Notes under the pieces: generated by a model
The model's database searches: none
What the model was told of the DNA's origin: nothing
The model's input: the letters and a program-made list of their open reading frames with translations, nothing else
Part shown: piece by piece, positions 18,606 to 29,177 of the stretch
Numbering within the stretch: position 1 is the first letter of the stretch
Layout: the number at the start of each line of letters is the position of its first letter
Virus record (IMG/VR): IMGVR_UViG_3300033066_001236
Strand: one strand, 5' to 3'
Source of the DNA: an uncultured virus (IMG/VR IMGVR_UViG_3300033066_001236)
Taxonomy: Duplodnaviria > Heunggongvirae > Uroviricota > Caudoviricetes
Length of the DNA stretch: 64,000 nucleotides
Translations under genes and position numbers: made by a program

Positions 18606-20519
18606 ATGGAATTATCAGAACTCGCTCTTGAGAAGTTACTACAGCTATTCCCAGAACTAGCTAGCTATATCGTCTCTTTCAGGGACCTTACCCAGGAATC
18701 TGGAAAAGAGGAAATGGGCTTAAGCGTAGGCATGTTCATCCTTAAGTTCGGGCCCACCTTCTACTACCTCCCGGTGGTGGCGAAGAATGGAACCGTGTTC
18801 CCAATCGACTCCATGTTTAACGCAGAGGAGGGTACATTTGTGCCTCTCACGAAAGCGTATATGGACAAGATCGTATCTGAATCTCACCTGCAGTTGGGCG
18901 AGAGTGCCAAGACCCCTTCAACGGTAATTAAGAACCCCAGCGTATACGATCTGGTTACCCCGCCTCGTACGGGGAAGTTTGTGTACGCGTCCTCATCTCG
19001 TTTAGTTGAGTTTCTTGCTCTTATGCCCAACATGGTCAAGCAGGCTATGGTGGAGAAATTCTCAGCTGACAAAGAGGTTTATTCGACCCTCCATAGACTA
19101 TTCGGTCTGGAAAACCTACTGGCTGCTCTCAAGCCTACTGCCGCTCCTATAGCTATTGTCCCTAAGCCTGCCGTGGAACTAGTGACTACCGGTCACGGTC
19201 TTGAAAACCATGTAATCAAGGACATCCTGGATAAAGGTTACTCCCTCAGGGGAGAGCATACGACGGAACGAGTTGCAGTTCTCGCTAACGATTATTCCAA
19301 GCTCGGTCCCCTCCATCAGCTAGGTGGAGCCGACATGGGCCACGCATACGACATCGTCATGAGAAATGCAGACGTGAGATCGGCGTATGTCCCTAAGAGA
19401 GTAAGGGGAGCTCCCAAAAAGCCTGCCCTGTTCTGCTCCAATTTCGGAACCGACAAGAGGGACGACGTCTTCATGATTTTTGAAAATGGAGACTACGTTG
19501 TTTGTGACTGCATGGTGGCTCGCGGTGAGGCCAAGGACGGTAAAGATATCCTGCGTAACCTGTTTGCGAATAGATCTCCTCTAACACCTAAGACGGTTGA
19601 AGTAGGGGACAAGGTAGCGGTCTTCACCCCGGACATGGAACTGATCGGGGCGTATCGCATAGATAACGTTGTCGACAGTATTCATGGCGTTACTATAACA
19701 GGGTATCGAATGACCCCGAGTGGTTCTCCCATGGGTCGGGCTACTATAAACGCCTATAGAAACTGTACTACGATAGAAACCTCCGACGAGAGCAACATCT
19801 TTATACCAATCAACACCTTGATGGTCTCCCTAGGCAATGACATCAGCAACAAGATTGAGGTCAACGTCAATGCAGCTATAGCCAAACTGGAGCTAGGCAC
19901 ACTTGAGGCGCTTGGATCGGCCGTTGATATGGGCTTTGACGGAGTAGAGTTTACATTTGCCGGTAAGCCTATCGGACCGGAGATTCGAATGATCGAGGTT
20001 TTGGTGGCGGGCGAAGGCATAGCTCCCGATAAGGCTGAGTCGTTTATTAAGCAAGCAAAAGAACAGCGTCACATAAAGATCTATCTCTCTAAGAAGGCAG
20101 ACTTCGAACCTGGGGAAATTCCTCAGTTTGGCGTCAATCCTCCCGAGCAGATAAACAACTTCGGTGCGGATGCCGACGGCGCGTTTGCTAATAACTTGCG
20201 TGCTTCCGTAGACACACAGGATCCTCAGGTTATTGAATCCATGGTCCTGTCCGAACTACTACAGGCAACGGACATGAAGCCTATGGTAACCGAATACTTA
20301 CCTGATATAATGGCGGCTATTGACAAGCTGGGTAGAACCCTCTTCCTGGCTCGTCTGAACATAGAAAAACTGGCGCAATCTCAAAACTCTAATGAAGTGA
20401 TGAGCTTTATCTCTAATCTCAGGAACGTCTATAGACTTCTGGGAGATAACGCTATCAAGCTAGAAAGAATGGCGAGTTCTCCAGAAGAATCTACGGAAGA
20501 AGCTAATTCAGTAAAGTAA
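18606..20519 (+). CDS. putative virion/head protein
   Basis: 637-aa ORF in the late block; K-x-A motifs (MVKQA, LSKKA). Confidence 0.7.
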   Translation: MELSELALEKLLQLFPELASYIVSFRDLTQESGKEEMGLSVGMFILKFGPTFYYLPVVAKNGTVFPIDSMFNAEEGTFVPLTKAYMDKIVSESHLQLGESAKTPSTVIKNPSVYDLVTPPRTGKFVYASSSRLVEFLALMPNMVKQAMVEKFSADKEVYSTLHRLFGLENLLAALKPTAAPIAIVPKPAVELVTTGHGLENHVIKDILDKGYSLRGEHTTERVAVLANDYSKLGPLHQLGGADMGHAYDIVMRNADVRSAYVPKRVRGAPKKPALFCSNFGTDKRDDVFMIFENGDYVVCDCMVARGEAKDGKDILRNLFANRSPLTPKTVEVGDKVAVFTPDMELIGAYRIDNVVDSIHGVTITGYRMTPSGSPMGRATINAYRNCTTIETSDESNIFIPINTLMVSLGNDISNKIEVNVNAAIAKLELGTLEALGSAVDMGFDGVEFTFAGKPIGPEIRMIEVLVAGEGIAPDKAESFIKQAKEQRHIKIYLSKKADFEPGEIPQFGVNPPEQINNFGADADGAFANNLRASVDTQDPQVIESMVLSELLQATDMKPMVTEYLPDIMAAIDKLGRTLFLARLNIEKLAQSQNSNEVMSFISNLRNVYRLLGDNAIKLERMASSPEESTEEANSVK

Positions 20520-20526
20520 GGATACC

Positions 20527-21288
20527 ATGGCGAGCGAAAATGAAAAAGCTCGACTAGTTAGAAACAGCAAGAGAGGTATCGACAGTCGAGTAGACGAAAT
20601 ACTAGATAATCCCGAAGGACCTTTGGCTAAGTTACATAACAAGGCTTTAGCGTCCTGGGAGAACAAGCTACGTAAGTCGTACATTGAAGCCGCCAGAATG
20701 GCCACCGACGACGTTGAAAGAATCTCTTCAGTAATAGAGATTCCTGTAGATCAGTTAAAGTTCTACTACGATTTCTTCTTTGATATATCTGACTGGGATA
20801 GGCTGGAGAAAATAGAACACATTGAGAAGCTAGGACATAAGAACAAAAACGAAGCGCTGTTAAAAATGTGGACCCTGACTCAGGGTCTTGATTTTTTGGC
20901 GTGGAGACTGGGCAAGAAAGTATCCATCTCTCCCGTAGAAGGGTTGATTGATCTCTTTTCGACATGTATGTTTAGGTCGAAAGAGGCGATGTTTAACGGG
21001 GCAGGAACTGAAGCTGGAGAACAGAGCATTAAGTGGACGAAACAATCGACGGATATTGCCAGATTGTTGAAGTCATGGGTCATGGATTCCAACCAAGCCA
21101 AGAAAGAGTTGGAGATCGCTATTAGAGAAGTTGTTCCGGAGTTTGAGGGGCTTGATGCTCTTCTACAGGAAGACCAGAACGTACTAAAATCGATAGAAGC
21201 AGGTTTAGAAAATGTCCCAGCTCCAGTCGAGCAGGACTTCATAGGAATACAGGAATTACGAGATGATGACCAAAAGGGTGAGCAATGA
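20527..21288 (+). CDS. hypothetical protein
   Basis: 253-aa ORF with SD AAGGA. Confidence 0.75.
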   Translation: MASENEKARLVRNSKRGIDSRVDEILDNPEGPLAKLHNKALASWENKLRKSYIEAARMATDDVERISSVIEIPVDQLKFYYDFFFDISDWDRLEKIEHIEKLGHKNKNEALLKMWTLTQGLDFLAWRLGKKVSISPVEGLIDLFSTCMFRSKEAMFNGAGTEAGEQSIKWTKQSTDIARLLKSWVMDSNQAKKELEIAIREVVPEFEGLDALLQEDQNVLKSIEAGLENVPAPVEQDFIGIQELRDDDQKGEQ

Positions 21289-22439
21289 ACTTTGAACTAA
21301 CAAACGAGAGTCTGCAGGACTTGGCCGTTAAGTGTGTAACGGAATTTATGAACAAGCAGGCCTCTCTGTCCGAGGCCATAGCTAAACAGGCTATGGACCT
21401 GGAACTAAATCCTGAGCAGACCAGGCGAGTTATCGAGGCGTCCAACACTATAGCCTACCTGCGCCAATTAGAGAAGTCGGCAGACCGAACTTTCGAATTC
21501 GACGTGGCCGACTACAACCACGTAATGGCTCATATGTGCATTCCGGATATGGACAAGACTGCGGGGGAGTTACCCCCGTGGCTAAAGGCTAAGGACGAGG
21601 ACAAGAAGGAATCTAAGGGCGAGGACAAGAAAGAGTCTAAGGACGAGGACAAGAAAGAGTCTAAGGACGAGGACAAGAAAGAGTCTAAGGACGAGGACAA
21701 GAAAGAGTCCGACGACCCTGAGGCCGACGAGCGCGAGAAGAAAGCAATGCTAAATAAAGCATACTTTGTTGCAAAAGCTAACCTGGAGAAGATGGCTTAT
21801 GACGAATCTATTATTTATATGGAACTTGATAAGCAAGCTACTCTCGTTTCTAAAGATCCTTTCGGCAATGAAAAAATTGCATTCGTGGTGGAAGAACAAG
21901 ATGCGCCGAAACTCCTGAAGCTATGTGGGCTAGAGAAGGCTGCGGAAGCTAACTCGGTGTTTTTAGACTTGGAACTGAAGAATGCTAGAGAACTATACTC
22001 TCTGTATAAGCAAGCTTGTTCTTTCCTTGAAGAAAAAGCTGCCCTGGAAGACTTCGTGAAGCGGGCCGAGCAGGTACTTTTTCACAAGACCGCTAACGTC
22101 GAAAAACTGGCATTCGTAACGGCCATGGCTGGAGGTCTGGCTAAAGGGCTAGGCACCGTAATAGGTAAATCTGTAGGGTTGGCTGGCCGAGGTGTAGGTT
22201 CTACTGTAAAGAACTTCGGAGCCTTTGGCAGAGCAGCTAAAGCAAATAATTTTGGCAGCACCGACGAGGCTGTGAAAGCATTCGATAAAATAAAGAAGAC
22301 GGAAGGTACTGCAGCAGCCAAGGCTAAGTTTGCAGGTTCTAAACCCAATGTTCTTGTTCACAGAGTAGGTATCGGGGGAGCCCTTACTGCTACTACTGGT
22401 TTGAGCGTGGAGCACGCTAACAACGTCAAAGACATATAA
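21285..22439 (+). CDS. putative head/scaffold protein rich in K-x-A motifs
   Basis: LEKSA, MDKTA, EKKA, LEKMA, LDKQA, LEKAA, FHKTA, VEKLA. Confidence 0.75.
   Translation: MNFELTNESLQDLAVKCVTEFMNKQASLSEAIAKQAMDLELNPEQTRRVIEASNTIAYLRQLEKSADRTFEFDVADYNHVMAHMCIPDMDKTAGELPPWLKAKDEDKKESKGEDKKESKDEDKKESKDEDKKESKDEDKKESDDPEADEREKKAMLNKAYFVAKANLEKMAYDESIIYMELDKQATLVSKDPFGNEKIAFVVEEQDAPKLLKLCGLEKAAEANSVFLDLELKNARELYSLYKQACSFLEEKAALEDFVKRAEQVLFHKTANVEKLAFVTAMAGGLAKGLGTVIGKSVGLAGRGVGSTVKNFGAFGRAAKANNFGSTDEAVKAFDKIKKTEGTAAAKAKFAGSKPNVLVHRVGIGGALTATTGLSVEHANNVKDI
21591..21710 (+). repeat. 24-bp tandem repeat x5 encoding KDEDKKES
   Basis: AAGGACGAGGACAAGAAAGAGTCT units. Confidence 0.9.
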
Positions 22440-22448
22440 GGAAACAAC

Positions 22449-22964
22449 ATGTTAGATAAGATTCGTGCTATCGCACTAGAAAAACTAGGTTCAGAAGAAG
22501 CTGCCGATGCGTTTGTTGAGGGGTTCGTTTCTCATACAATGGAGAAGAGTGCCAGCTTTAGCCAGTACGCAGGCCAGGTCATGGGAAATCCTAATTTTCA
22601 GAAAGTAGGTTTCGGCCTCGCGGCTTCCCTAGTGGGGGCGGGTATTGTTAAAGGCTTTTCGTCTGGGTCCAAAGCAATAGAAGGCCACGCTCTTAGAAAC
22701 AAATTCGACATGGCATTGGCTCAGGTGATGTCTACAAATAAGATCGTCAAAGGTGCTAACCCTGACCGAGCTAAAGAATACGCGGAAACCATGTTCCGTT
22801 TTGCCCCTCATGTGGCCTCTGATCCCAATCTGTTAGGATCAGTTTTGTCTAACGCCATTCAAGGAGAAAGCGTAGACGCCAATACTATCAAGATGTTGGT
22901 GGACCTCGAGGGCCGTTATGTTGACAATAACCGACCCAGCCCTCTCCTCGGCATCAAGTCTTGA
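22449..22964 (+). CDS. putative virion protein
   Basis: MEKSA motif; hydrophobic helix; late operon. Confidence 0.7.
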   Translation: MLDKIRAIALEKLGSEEAADAFVEGFVSHTMEKSASFSQYAGQVMGNPNFQKVGFGLAASLVGAGIVKGFSSGSKAIEGHALRNKFDMALAQVMSTNKIVKGANPDRAKEYAETMFRFAPHVASDPNLLGSVLSNAIQGESVDANTIKMLVDLEGRYVDNNRPSPLLGIKS

Positions 22965-22972
22965 TCTCCTAA

Positions 22973-24598
22973 ATGCTAAAGCTCCTAGATACCACGGCGT
23001 TTTACGACACCGCCGAACCTCACGTTACTCTCCTGGATCTAACCAGAGAAGTAGGGGGTTTGGAGAAGAAGGCTGCCCACGAAGAAATACAAGCCTATTT
23101 ATCCACCTTGGCTCCTAAGCCGGGGTATACTTATTTGCACATAAACGCTATGACTGCAGGGGAGTATCACGGATCAAACAGGAACGCGGATTTCTTTCCC
23201 GAAGAAAACCTGAAGAAGTATTACAAGACCTTTGAAACTAGTCCGGCTTATGTTTACAGATCTCACATTAACAAAGATCCGGCCAAATCGTACGGCAAAG
23301 TGATTTTCTCAATCTACAACGAGCGCATGCACCGAGTAGAGCTAATTGCTGAGTGTCCCGACGAACAGGTTGCTGATCTAAACGCCAGGATTCAAAAAGG
23401 GGATTTCCCAACTACGTCAATGGCGTGCAAAACCCCTGCGGACACCTGCAGCATATGCGGCAATCGAGCGCATACGAGGCAGGAATACTGTCAGCACTTA
23501 AAGTACGAGCTTAACAGGCTGTATCCGGACGGCAGAAAGGTGTTCGCCGTTAACGATCAACCTCTCAAGTTCTTCGATATTTCTATCGTAGTTCGGCCTG
23601 CGGACGTCAACAGTTCTATTCTACAAAAGGTGGCCTACGACGGCACCGGTATAGGCTCTGCTGAATTGGCAGAGATGGAAGGTCTGACGGAGGACGGGTT
23701 TCACAAGAGAGCTCAACTTAAGAAACTATCTGAGCTGATAAAAGAGATAACCGATGGCTGCTACGTCGTAGGGGCTGAGACGGTCCCCGCCAATCTCCTA
23801 GGTGTGGGGGCTGCGAAGGACCTACCTCTAGCTTTGGTCCATAGGCTTCATCACTTCGATCTAAATCACGTTCTGGCTTCTATGGCCGATCACGCTATTT
23901 CCCCGTCTATTTCTTTTTTAGCTGAACTGATCGCTCGCAAGAAACTAGGCGAGGGCTTCGAGGGGATAGGTGAGATTGTGGAGGAATATCTGCATTCCGT
24001 TCCGATGGATCATCAAGTCCCTGTACTAGACATACAAGAACCAGAAGATAGGTCCGAGATCGTTGATTCAATAATCAGGGCTTATGCTCATGAATCTTCG
24101 TTGGCTCCTGCTATGGTTGAGAAGAGGGCTTCCAACATCGGCTACAACAATAACGGACCAAAGATAGAGCCTACTCAAGCCGAATTAGCGGAGCAGCTAA
24201 ATCTCGCTAAGTCTCTCTCGTCCGACCAAGCAGCTTCCGTTAGTTACGCCAAGCTTCTCCTAGGTTTGGGCGGGGCTGCTCTATTGGCCAAGTACTTTAT
24301 CACCACCCAGATTGAGAAGAATCTGCGAGACAGAGAACGTGGTGCGCAAAATACTGTTAAAATACCAATAGTAAAACAAGGTTCAGAACGTCTGGTTGCC
24401 TGCCAGTTGGCAAAGATTGCGATGGTGCAGTCTATGCCTAATAAAGACAGGCAATCGGATAAAGGCCAGGACGCAGCGAGAACCGGCATCTCCGTAACCC
24501 GTAGAATCCTGATCAACACCAAGTCTAAGATTGGTGGAAAACTAGCGGGACTTTTGAGACTCTTGTCGATAGGTTCCAAGATAACTAACTTAGGCTAA
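22973..24598 (+). CDS. probable prohead maturation protease
   Basis: HINKD and TSMACK candidate His/Ser motifs with CSICGN...C.H zinc knuckle; upstream of scaffold-like and capsid genes. Confidence 0.6.
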   Translation: MLKLLDTTAFYDTAEPHVTLLDLTREVGGLEKKAAHEEIQAYLSTLAPKPGYTYLHINAMTAGEYHGSNRNADFFPEENLKKYYKTFETSPAYVYRSHINKDPAKSYGKVIFSIYNERMHRVELIAECPDEQVADLNARIQKGDFPTTSMACKTPADTCSICGNRAHTRQEYCQHLKYELNRLYPDGRKVFAVNDQPLKFFDISIVVRPADVNSSILQKVAYDGTGIGSAELAEMEGLTEDGFHKRAQLKKLSELIKEITDGCYVVGAETVPANLLGVGAAKDLPLALVHRLHHFDLNHVLASMADHAISPSISFLAELIARKKLGEGFEGIGEIVEEYLHSVPMDHQVPVLDIQEPEDRSEIVDSIIRAYAHESSLAPAMVEKRASNIGYNNNGPKIEPTQAELAEQLNLAKSLSSDQAASVSYAKLLLGLGGAALLAKYFITTQIEKNLRDRERGAQNTVKIPIVKQGSERLVACQLAKIAMVQSMPNKDRQSDKGQDAARTGISVTRRILINTKSKIGGKLAGLLRLLSIGSKITNLG

Positions 24599-24624
24599 GG
24601 GCCTAACATAAAAAGGTAAAACAA

Positions 24625-25623
24625 ATGACAACTTTAAATCTAAACAGTCTGATCGCCGATCTTGAGGCCTCTACCGGCCTACAGAAAACCGCGTCGGATG
24701 CTGGGGCTGACGTTAAGCCTGCTGTTTCGCAAGAACTGGCTAGCATTCTGGAGAAGAAGGCCTCGGACGATCTGACCAAGCAAGCTTTCGCGCAGGGAGA
24801 AGCTCTGGCTAAGGAACTTCTGGCCAAGCTGGCTAATGAAATAATTGAAAACGATGCCGCTCTAGTAGCCGACGACAACAAGAAGGTTGTGGACAACGCT
24901 ACTGGTGGAAGCGTCGAAGGCGTTCTGCAAGCTACGGTGGACCAGGGTCTGGCTGGCGGAGCTACTACGGACGACAGAGTAAATCACGAAACCCAAATTA
25001 CCGGAGTGGAAATTCCGGGTGCTCCGGTGGACGGGGAAAAACAAGCTTCTACAAATAAGGAAACAACTGAAATGAACAAGACCGCTTCTAACCAAGACCT
25101 GGCTAAGACCATCATGGAAAAACTAGCCCAGGAATTCACAGCCCAAACTACCACTCCGGCCGCCGCCGAAGTAGTTGCTGCTGCTCCGGTGCCCAACATG
25201 ATGCAACGTGATACCGCCCAGATGACGGCGGAACACGACGCTATTGTGCAAGGTGTTGTGCCCGGTGGCGACGGATCTGTGAACGCTCTGTTCGAGACCA
25301 TCGTAGCTAAGGCTAAGGCCGAAGGCGGCCAATCGGACGACCTGATTAACGGCCCCGGTGCTGTTCAGGAAATGCACACTCAAGGTATCGATGAAGCCCG
25401 TGAGAAGGCTGCTGCTGTATCGGCCCTGTGTGACGAAGGCATGGACTTTGACACCGCCGTGTCGCTAGTGAAGCAAGCGGAAGAAGAGCTCCTGGCTGAA
25501 GCCTGGGAACAAGAAAAGAAGGCTGCCTTCGGTATGCTCCTGGATCAAGGCGTGGACTTCGACGTGGCAGTTAACCTCATCAAGGAAGCCGAGCAGGACC
25601 TGATCGACCAAGCTTCTAAGTAA
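24625..25623 (+). CDS. acidic scaffold-like head protein with two EKxA-GxDF modules
   Basis: REKAAAVSALCDEGMDFDTAVSLVKQAE and QEKKAAFGMLLDQGVDFDVAVNLIKEAE. Confidence 0.7.
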   Translation: MTTLNLNSLIADLEASTGLQKTASDAGADVKPAVSQELASILEKKASDDLTKQAFAQGEALAKELLAKLANEIIENDAALVADDNKKVVDNATGGSVEGVLQATVDQGLAGGATTDDRVNHETQITGVEIPGAPVDGEKQASTNKETTEMNKTASNQDLAKTIMEKLAQEFTAQTTTPAAAEVVAAAPVPNMMQRDTAQMTAEHDAIVQGVVPGGDGSVNALFETIVAKAKAEGGQSDDLINGPGAVQEMHTQGIDEAREKAAAVSALCDEGMDFDTAVSLVKQAEEELLAEAWEQEKKAAFGMLLDQGVDFDVAVNLIKEAEQDLIDQASK

Positions 25624-25633
25624 GGGGCTGGCG

Positions 25634-26104
25634 ATGAATATATTTCTTAATCATCTAGAAAAAAAGGCTAAGGCTGATGAAACCCTTCGTGGGATTATTT
25701 CCCCTGCTTGGCAAGAAAATCATATAGCCAAGAAGCACGGAGAAAAAGGCCTGGAGGGCGTAGGCGCTAACGTCAAGAAACATCTAACGGGGGACCTCCG
25801 AGTAGTCGGAAGATCCTTTGTGGAGGGTGCGGCGGGTGGCTGGCTTGGCCGGGCCGCAGGGGCTGCTGCGGGCAAACTCGCCAAAAAAGACCCCCGAACA
25901 GCCGCTGCGCTAGGAGCCATGAGTGGTTATTATGCGGGTGCCGTACACGGCCAAATTAAATCTCTGAAAAATCAAGCCGCTGAAGCCCATGCCAAGTACT
26001 CGGGTCAGGAAAAGAAAGCTGCGTATGACCAGCTTATCGAAGCCGGACTTAATTTTGACGAAGCCATAGGGCTTATCAAGGCAGCTGAACAGGACCTGAA
26101 GTAA
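25634..26104 (+). CDS. putative head protein with an EKxA-GxNF module
   Basis: LEKKA; QEKKAAYDQLIEAGLNFDEAIGLIKAAE; ISPAWQ segment shared with 27481..28290. Confidence 0.7.
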   Translation: MNIFLNHLEKKAKADETLRGIISPAWQENHIAKKHGEKGLEGVGANVKKHLTGDLRVVGRSFVEGAAGGWLGRAAGAAAGKLAKKDPRTAAALGAMSGYYAGAVHGQIKSLKNQAAEAHAKYSGQEKKAAYDQLIEAGLNFDEAIGLIKAAEQDLK

Positions 26105-26122
26105 TTTACAGGCGCTACAACT

Positions 26123-26626
26123 ATGAGTAAATACTCCTCTGTTGAAAAGAGAGCCGCCTTCGAGCAACTTACGGCCACTGGCCTAAACTTCGATCAAGCC
26201 CTCGCTCTTATCGAGAAAGAAGCTGGGGCGTTCGGAGCCGCCCGAGGAGCTTTTAAGTCTACAGCTTCTATGGTGGCGGGCAAAGCCAAGTCATTCGCTA
26301 CAGCCATAAAAACTGACGGAGCTAAATTGCCGAATCAGGTCAAAGCGTTCACTACTGGTAAGACCACTCTGAAAGGAACACGGTTTTCGACCCCAGTGTC
26401 CGTTGACAAGATGACGGCTGGTAAAGCCCTAGCAGGCAACGCGGCTCTTCAAACCGGCGTAGGGACTATGGCTGCAGCCGGTGCTGCTGGCGCGGCTCTA
26501 GGTAGCCGTGGTCCGAGAGACAAAGAAAAAAGAGCTTGCGTTGAGCAGCTGGTAAATAGCGGGATGGATTTTTCCACGGCTGTTGAGCTCGTCAAGCAGG
26601 CTGAAGAAGAACTGTACGGCAAGTAA
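26123..26626 (+). CDS. putative head protein flanked by two EKxA modules
   Basis: VEKRAAFEQLTATGLNFDQA... and KEKRACVEQLVNSGMDFSTAVELVKQAE. Confidence 0.7.
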   Translation: MSKYSSVEKRAAFEQLTATGLNFDQALALIEKEAGAFGAARGAFKSTASMVAGKAKSFATAIKTDGAKLPNQVKAFTTGKTTLKGTRFSTPVSVDKMTAGKALAGNAALQTGVGTMAAAGAAGAALGSRGPRDKEKRACVEQLVNSGMDFSTAVELVKQAEEELYGK

Positions 26627-26998
26627 ATGAACAAGTACTTAGTTAAGGTAGCTGCTTTGCTCTCAGACGAGAATAAGCAAGTCGGTAAGACGTTTGCGAT
26701 TCAAACTGCGGCGGGCATCCCTGCCCATCTTCTCGGTGGCGTAGTAGGGGGAGCGGCCGGAAGTAAGTACTTGTCCGGAATTGCAAAAGGCATCAACTCT
26801 AGCGTGGGACGAACCGCTGCCAGGGCCTATAAGATGGGTCCGTTGGGGAAAACAATAGGTCGTAAACTAGCTAAAGCAAAAGGCGTTACGGGAGCTACTC
26901 TCGGAGTTGGGCTTGGAATGTCTGCTATAGGAGGCTTAGCCGACCTTGCAGCTTTAAAACATGGATTCCATGGAAAGGTAAAAAATGAAAATAACTGA
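26627..26998 (+). CDS. NKYL-tagged Gly/Ala-rich protein
   Basis: MNKYLVKVAA; glycine-zipper-like helices. Confidence 0.7.
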   Translation: MNKYLVKVAALLSDENKQVGKTFAIQTAAGIPAHLLGGVVGGAAGSKYLSGIAKGINSSVGRTAARAYKMGPLGKTIGRKLAKAKGVTGATLGVGLGMSAIGGLADLAALKHGFHGKVKNENN

Positions 26999-27470
26999 CT
27001 TGCTAGTCAAGGCTGCGGAACAGGAAAAACTCGCCTGTGAGAGCTACGTGACTGAGTTCACCAAAGCGGGTATTGTGAGCCTGGTTAAGGGCGGGGTTCC
27101 GTTTGAGAAAGCGGCTCAACTGATCGGAGAGGCTTGCGGTACGGACCCTAAGGTGGCCAGTTTTAAGACCAACATATTGACCTTCGAAAAGACGGCTGAA
27201 TATATCGCCGAACTCGAAGAGCAAGTCCAAGAACTTACGAAGGTGGCTGAAGAAGCTACGGTAACAGTTAAGGCCTTGGACGAGAAAGACCCTCTGAATA
27301 AACTAGCGGCTGCGGGTTTCTCACCTGAGGAATTAGCCATGATGGCCCACCTGCCTAACGACCTGATCGAGAAAGTAGCGAACTCCAATGCTGCTCCTTG
27401 GGAGATGGGCGGGGGTGCTGGCATAGCTAGGGAAAAGACCGATCCGTTCCTTGAGTTCTTAGTGAACTGA
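26985..27470 (+). CDS. putative scaffold/head protein
   Basis: coiled coil; FEKTA, LTKVA, IEKVA motifs. Confidence 0.7.
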   Translation: MKITDLLVKAAEQEKLACESYVTEFTKAGIVSLVKGGVPFEKAAQLIGEACGTDPKVASFKTNILTFEKTAEYIAELEEQVQELTKVAEEATVTVKALDEKDPLNKLAAAGFSPEELAMMAHLPNDLIEKVANSNAAPWEMGGGAGIAREKTDPFLEFLVN

Positions 27471-27480
27471 GGGGGACAAA

Positions 27481-28290
27481 ATGAGCAACAAGGTCTTACA
27501 GAAACTTGCCTCTAACCACGCAATAGCTGGGTTAATTTCCCCAGCTTGGCAAAAACACAAAATAAGTCGGGACTACGGGGTAGAGGGGGACAAGAACTGG
27601 GGCCAAGTTTTAGGTACTCATGTAGGCGGGCGAGTTAGACAAGTACTACGAGCAGGGGTCGAAGGGGGCCTCTCTTCTGGCCTAGCAAGAGTAGCTATAA
27701 GTCGTGTCAAGAAGGGCCCTGTGGCGATAGCTGGTGCGGCAGGGTCGATTCACGGTCTAGTTGCGTCTGTACAAAATCAAGATCGAGAGATGAACGAAGA
27801 AGCAAAAAATAAAAGTAACAAGTACCTCCTAAAAGCGGCTGAGGCCGTTCAAGCTCATTACCACGTTGTCAGTACCTCTCGGAAAGACGAGCGTGATATT
27901 CGTCGAGAAAATACCATTCTACAGGCTAACAGACTGCTTCGTGAAAAAGGCTTTACTCCTAGCTTAGACGACGGTCTTCTAGCTCACGAAGAGGCCACAC
28001 ACCTGGATGATTTGGTAGATAAAACGCACGAGAGCCCTAACTACCCTCATGGCAGAGTTTTTCTGTCAGCCTTAGCCGGAGGTCTGGCCGGAGCCGCAGG
28101 CGGAGGAATGCTAGTCAAGCATCCTATAGGGGTTATTGCTGGAGGCATCGCTGGGACTGTTGGAGGTGGAGCCGCTGCCGGCAAGCTTCTGTACACTGAA
28201 GCAAAACGTAAAGCAGACGAAGAACATCAAAAGACTCACGAAGAGAATTTGATGAACTACCTGCGTAAGCGCCATAAACCACTCGACTAA
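27481..28290 (+). CDS. protein with two NKYL-like tags (MSNKVLQKLA and internal SNKYLLKAA)
   Basis: two Gly-rich units, each starting with the tag. Confidence 0.7.
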   Translation: MSNKVLQKLASNHAIAGLISPAWQKHKISRDYGVEGDKNWGQVLGTHVGGRVRQVLRAGVEGGLSSGLARVAISRVKKGPVAIAGAAGSIHGLVASVQNQDREMNEEAKNKSNKYLLKAAEAVQAHYHVVSTSRKDERDIRRENTILQANRLLREKGFTPSLDDGLLAHEEATHLDDLVDKTHESPNYPHGRVFLSALAGGLAGAAGGGMLVKHPIGVIAGGIAGTVGGGAAAGKLLYTEAKRKADEEHQKTHEENLMNYLRKRHKPLD

Positions 28291-28325
28291 TTTAACAATT
28301 TTTTATCACAGTAAAAAAATCGAAT

Positions 28326-28332
28326 TAAAATA
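28326..28332 (+). promoter_or_regulatory. TAAAATA putative late promoter of the capsid operon
   Basis: recurrent motif; followed by a leader hairpin GAGAGTAGTA...TATTACTCTC. Confidence 0.65.
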
Positions 28333-28432
28333 CGTATGTAAGAGAGAATTTAGAGAGTAGTAAACACAAGGGTATTACTCTCCAAACAAAGCAAGGAGCT
28401 TAACGGCTTCTTAACAAACTAAGGAAATAAAC

Positions 28433-29164
28433 ATGAAAATGGAATATCAAGCGGAAATCCTTCGCGGCTGGCCAGCAGATGGTGCCCGTGAAAGAACCGA
28501 AATTGTGACCCAAGGTGCTCTCCTGGTTAACGGCGACGTTGTTTGCAAGCAAGCTGACGGAACGGTTAACAAGGTTGGTTCCACTAAGTCCAAGCGCGTG
28601 GGTCTGGTGATCCGTGGAAACGGTGACTCTGGCTCTGCCGCTAATGCGATGGGACGTTATACGACCCCGCAAGCTACGGCTTCTATCACTGCTACCTGGG
28701 CTGGTGGTCTTCTGACCGTTACCCACACGGCTCACGGTTTTGCTACTGGCAACTCTGTGACGATAGCTGCTACGGCTGGTTCTGGCACATTCGCCAACTA
28801 CAACGGCACATGGACCATCAAGGTCGTGGATGCCAACACATACACGATACAGATCGCTACTAACAGTGGTACGATCACTACGGGTACCGCTCAGCTGACT
28901 GGTGTTTCCAACTCCGGTAAGGCTGTGGTTCTGTGGGGTAACTATATCGCTCGCGTCTCCAACTTCGCTGCCGGCTCTTGGGCCCCTGGCGTGGCGGTGA
29001 CTGCTCAGAACGGTAAGTTTGCAGTGGCCAGTGGTCAAGGCAACGCTGACGGTACGTACACGGTAACGGCTACTAACACCATCGACCCAGAAGTGGGTTA
29101 CTGCCTGAATGTGCAGGGTGCTACTGCTACCGAGACCGCCCATGTAGTAATTGTCGCGTTCTAA
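28433..29164 (+). CDS. capsid decoration/cement protein with an inserted beta-rich domain
   Basis: immediately upstream of the capsid gene; strongly biased codons; TAHGFATG..VTI...YNGTWTI domain. Confidence 0.65.
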   Translation: MKMEYQAEILRGWPADGARERTEIVTQGALLVNGDVVCKQADGTVNKVGSTKSKRVGLVIRGNGDSGSAANAMGRYTTPQATASITATWAGGLLTVTHTAHGFATGNSVTIAATAGSGTFANYNGTWTIKVVDANTYTIQIATNSGTITTGTAQLTGVSNSGKAVVLWGNYIARVSNFAAGSWAPGVAVTAQNGKFAVASGQGNADGTYTVTATNTIDPEVGYCLNVQGATATETAHVVIVAF

Positions 29165-29177
29165 GGAGTACAAGAAA

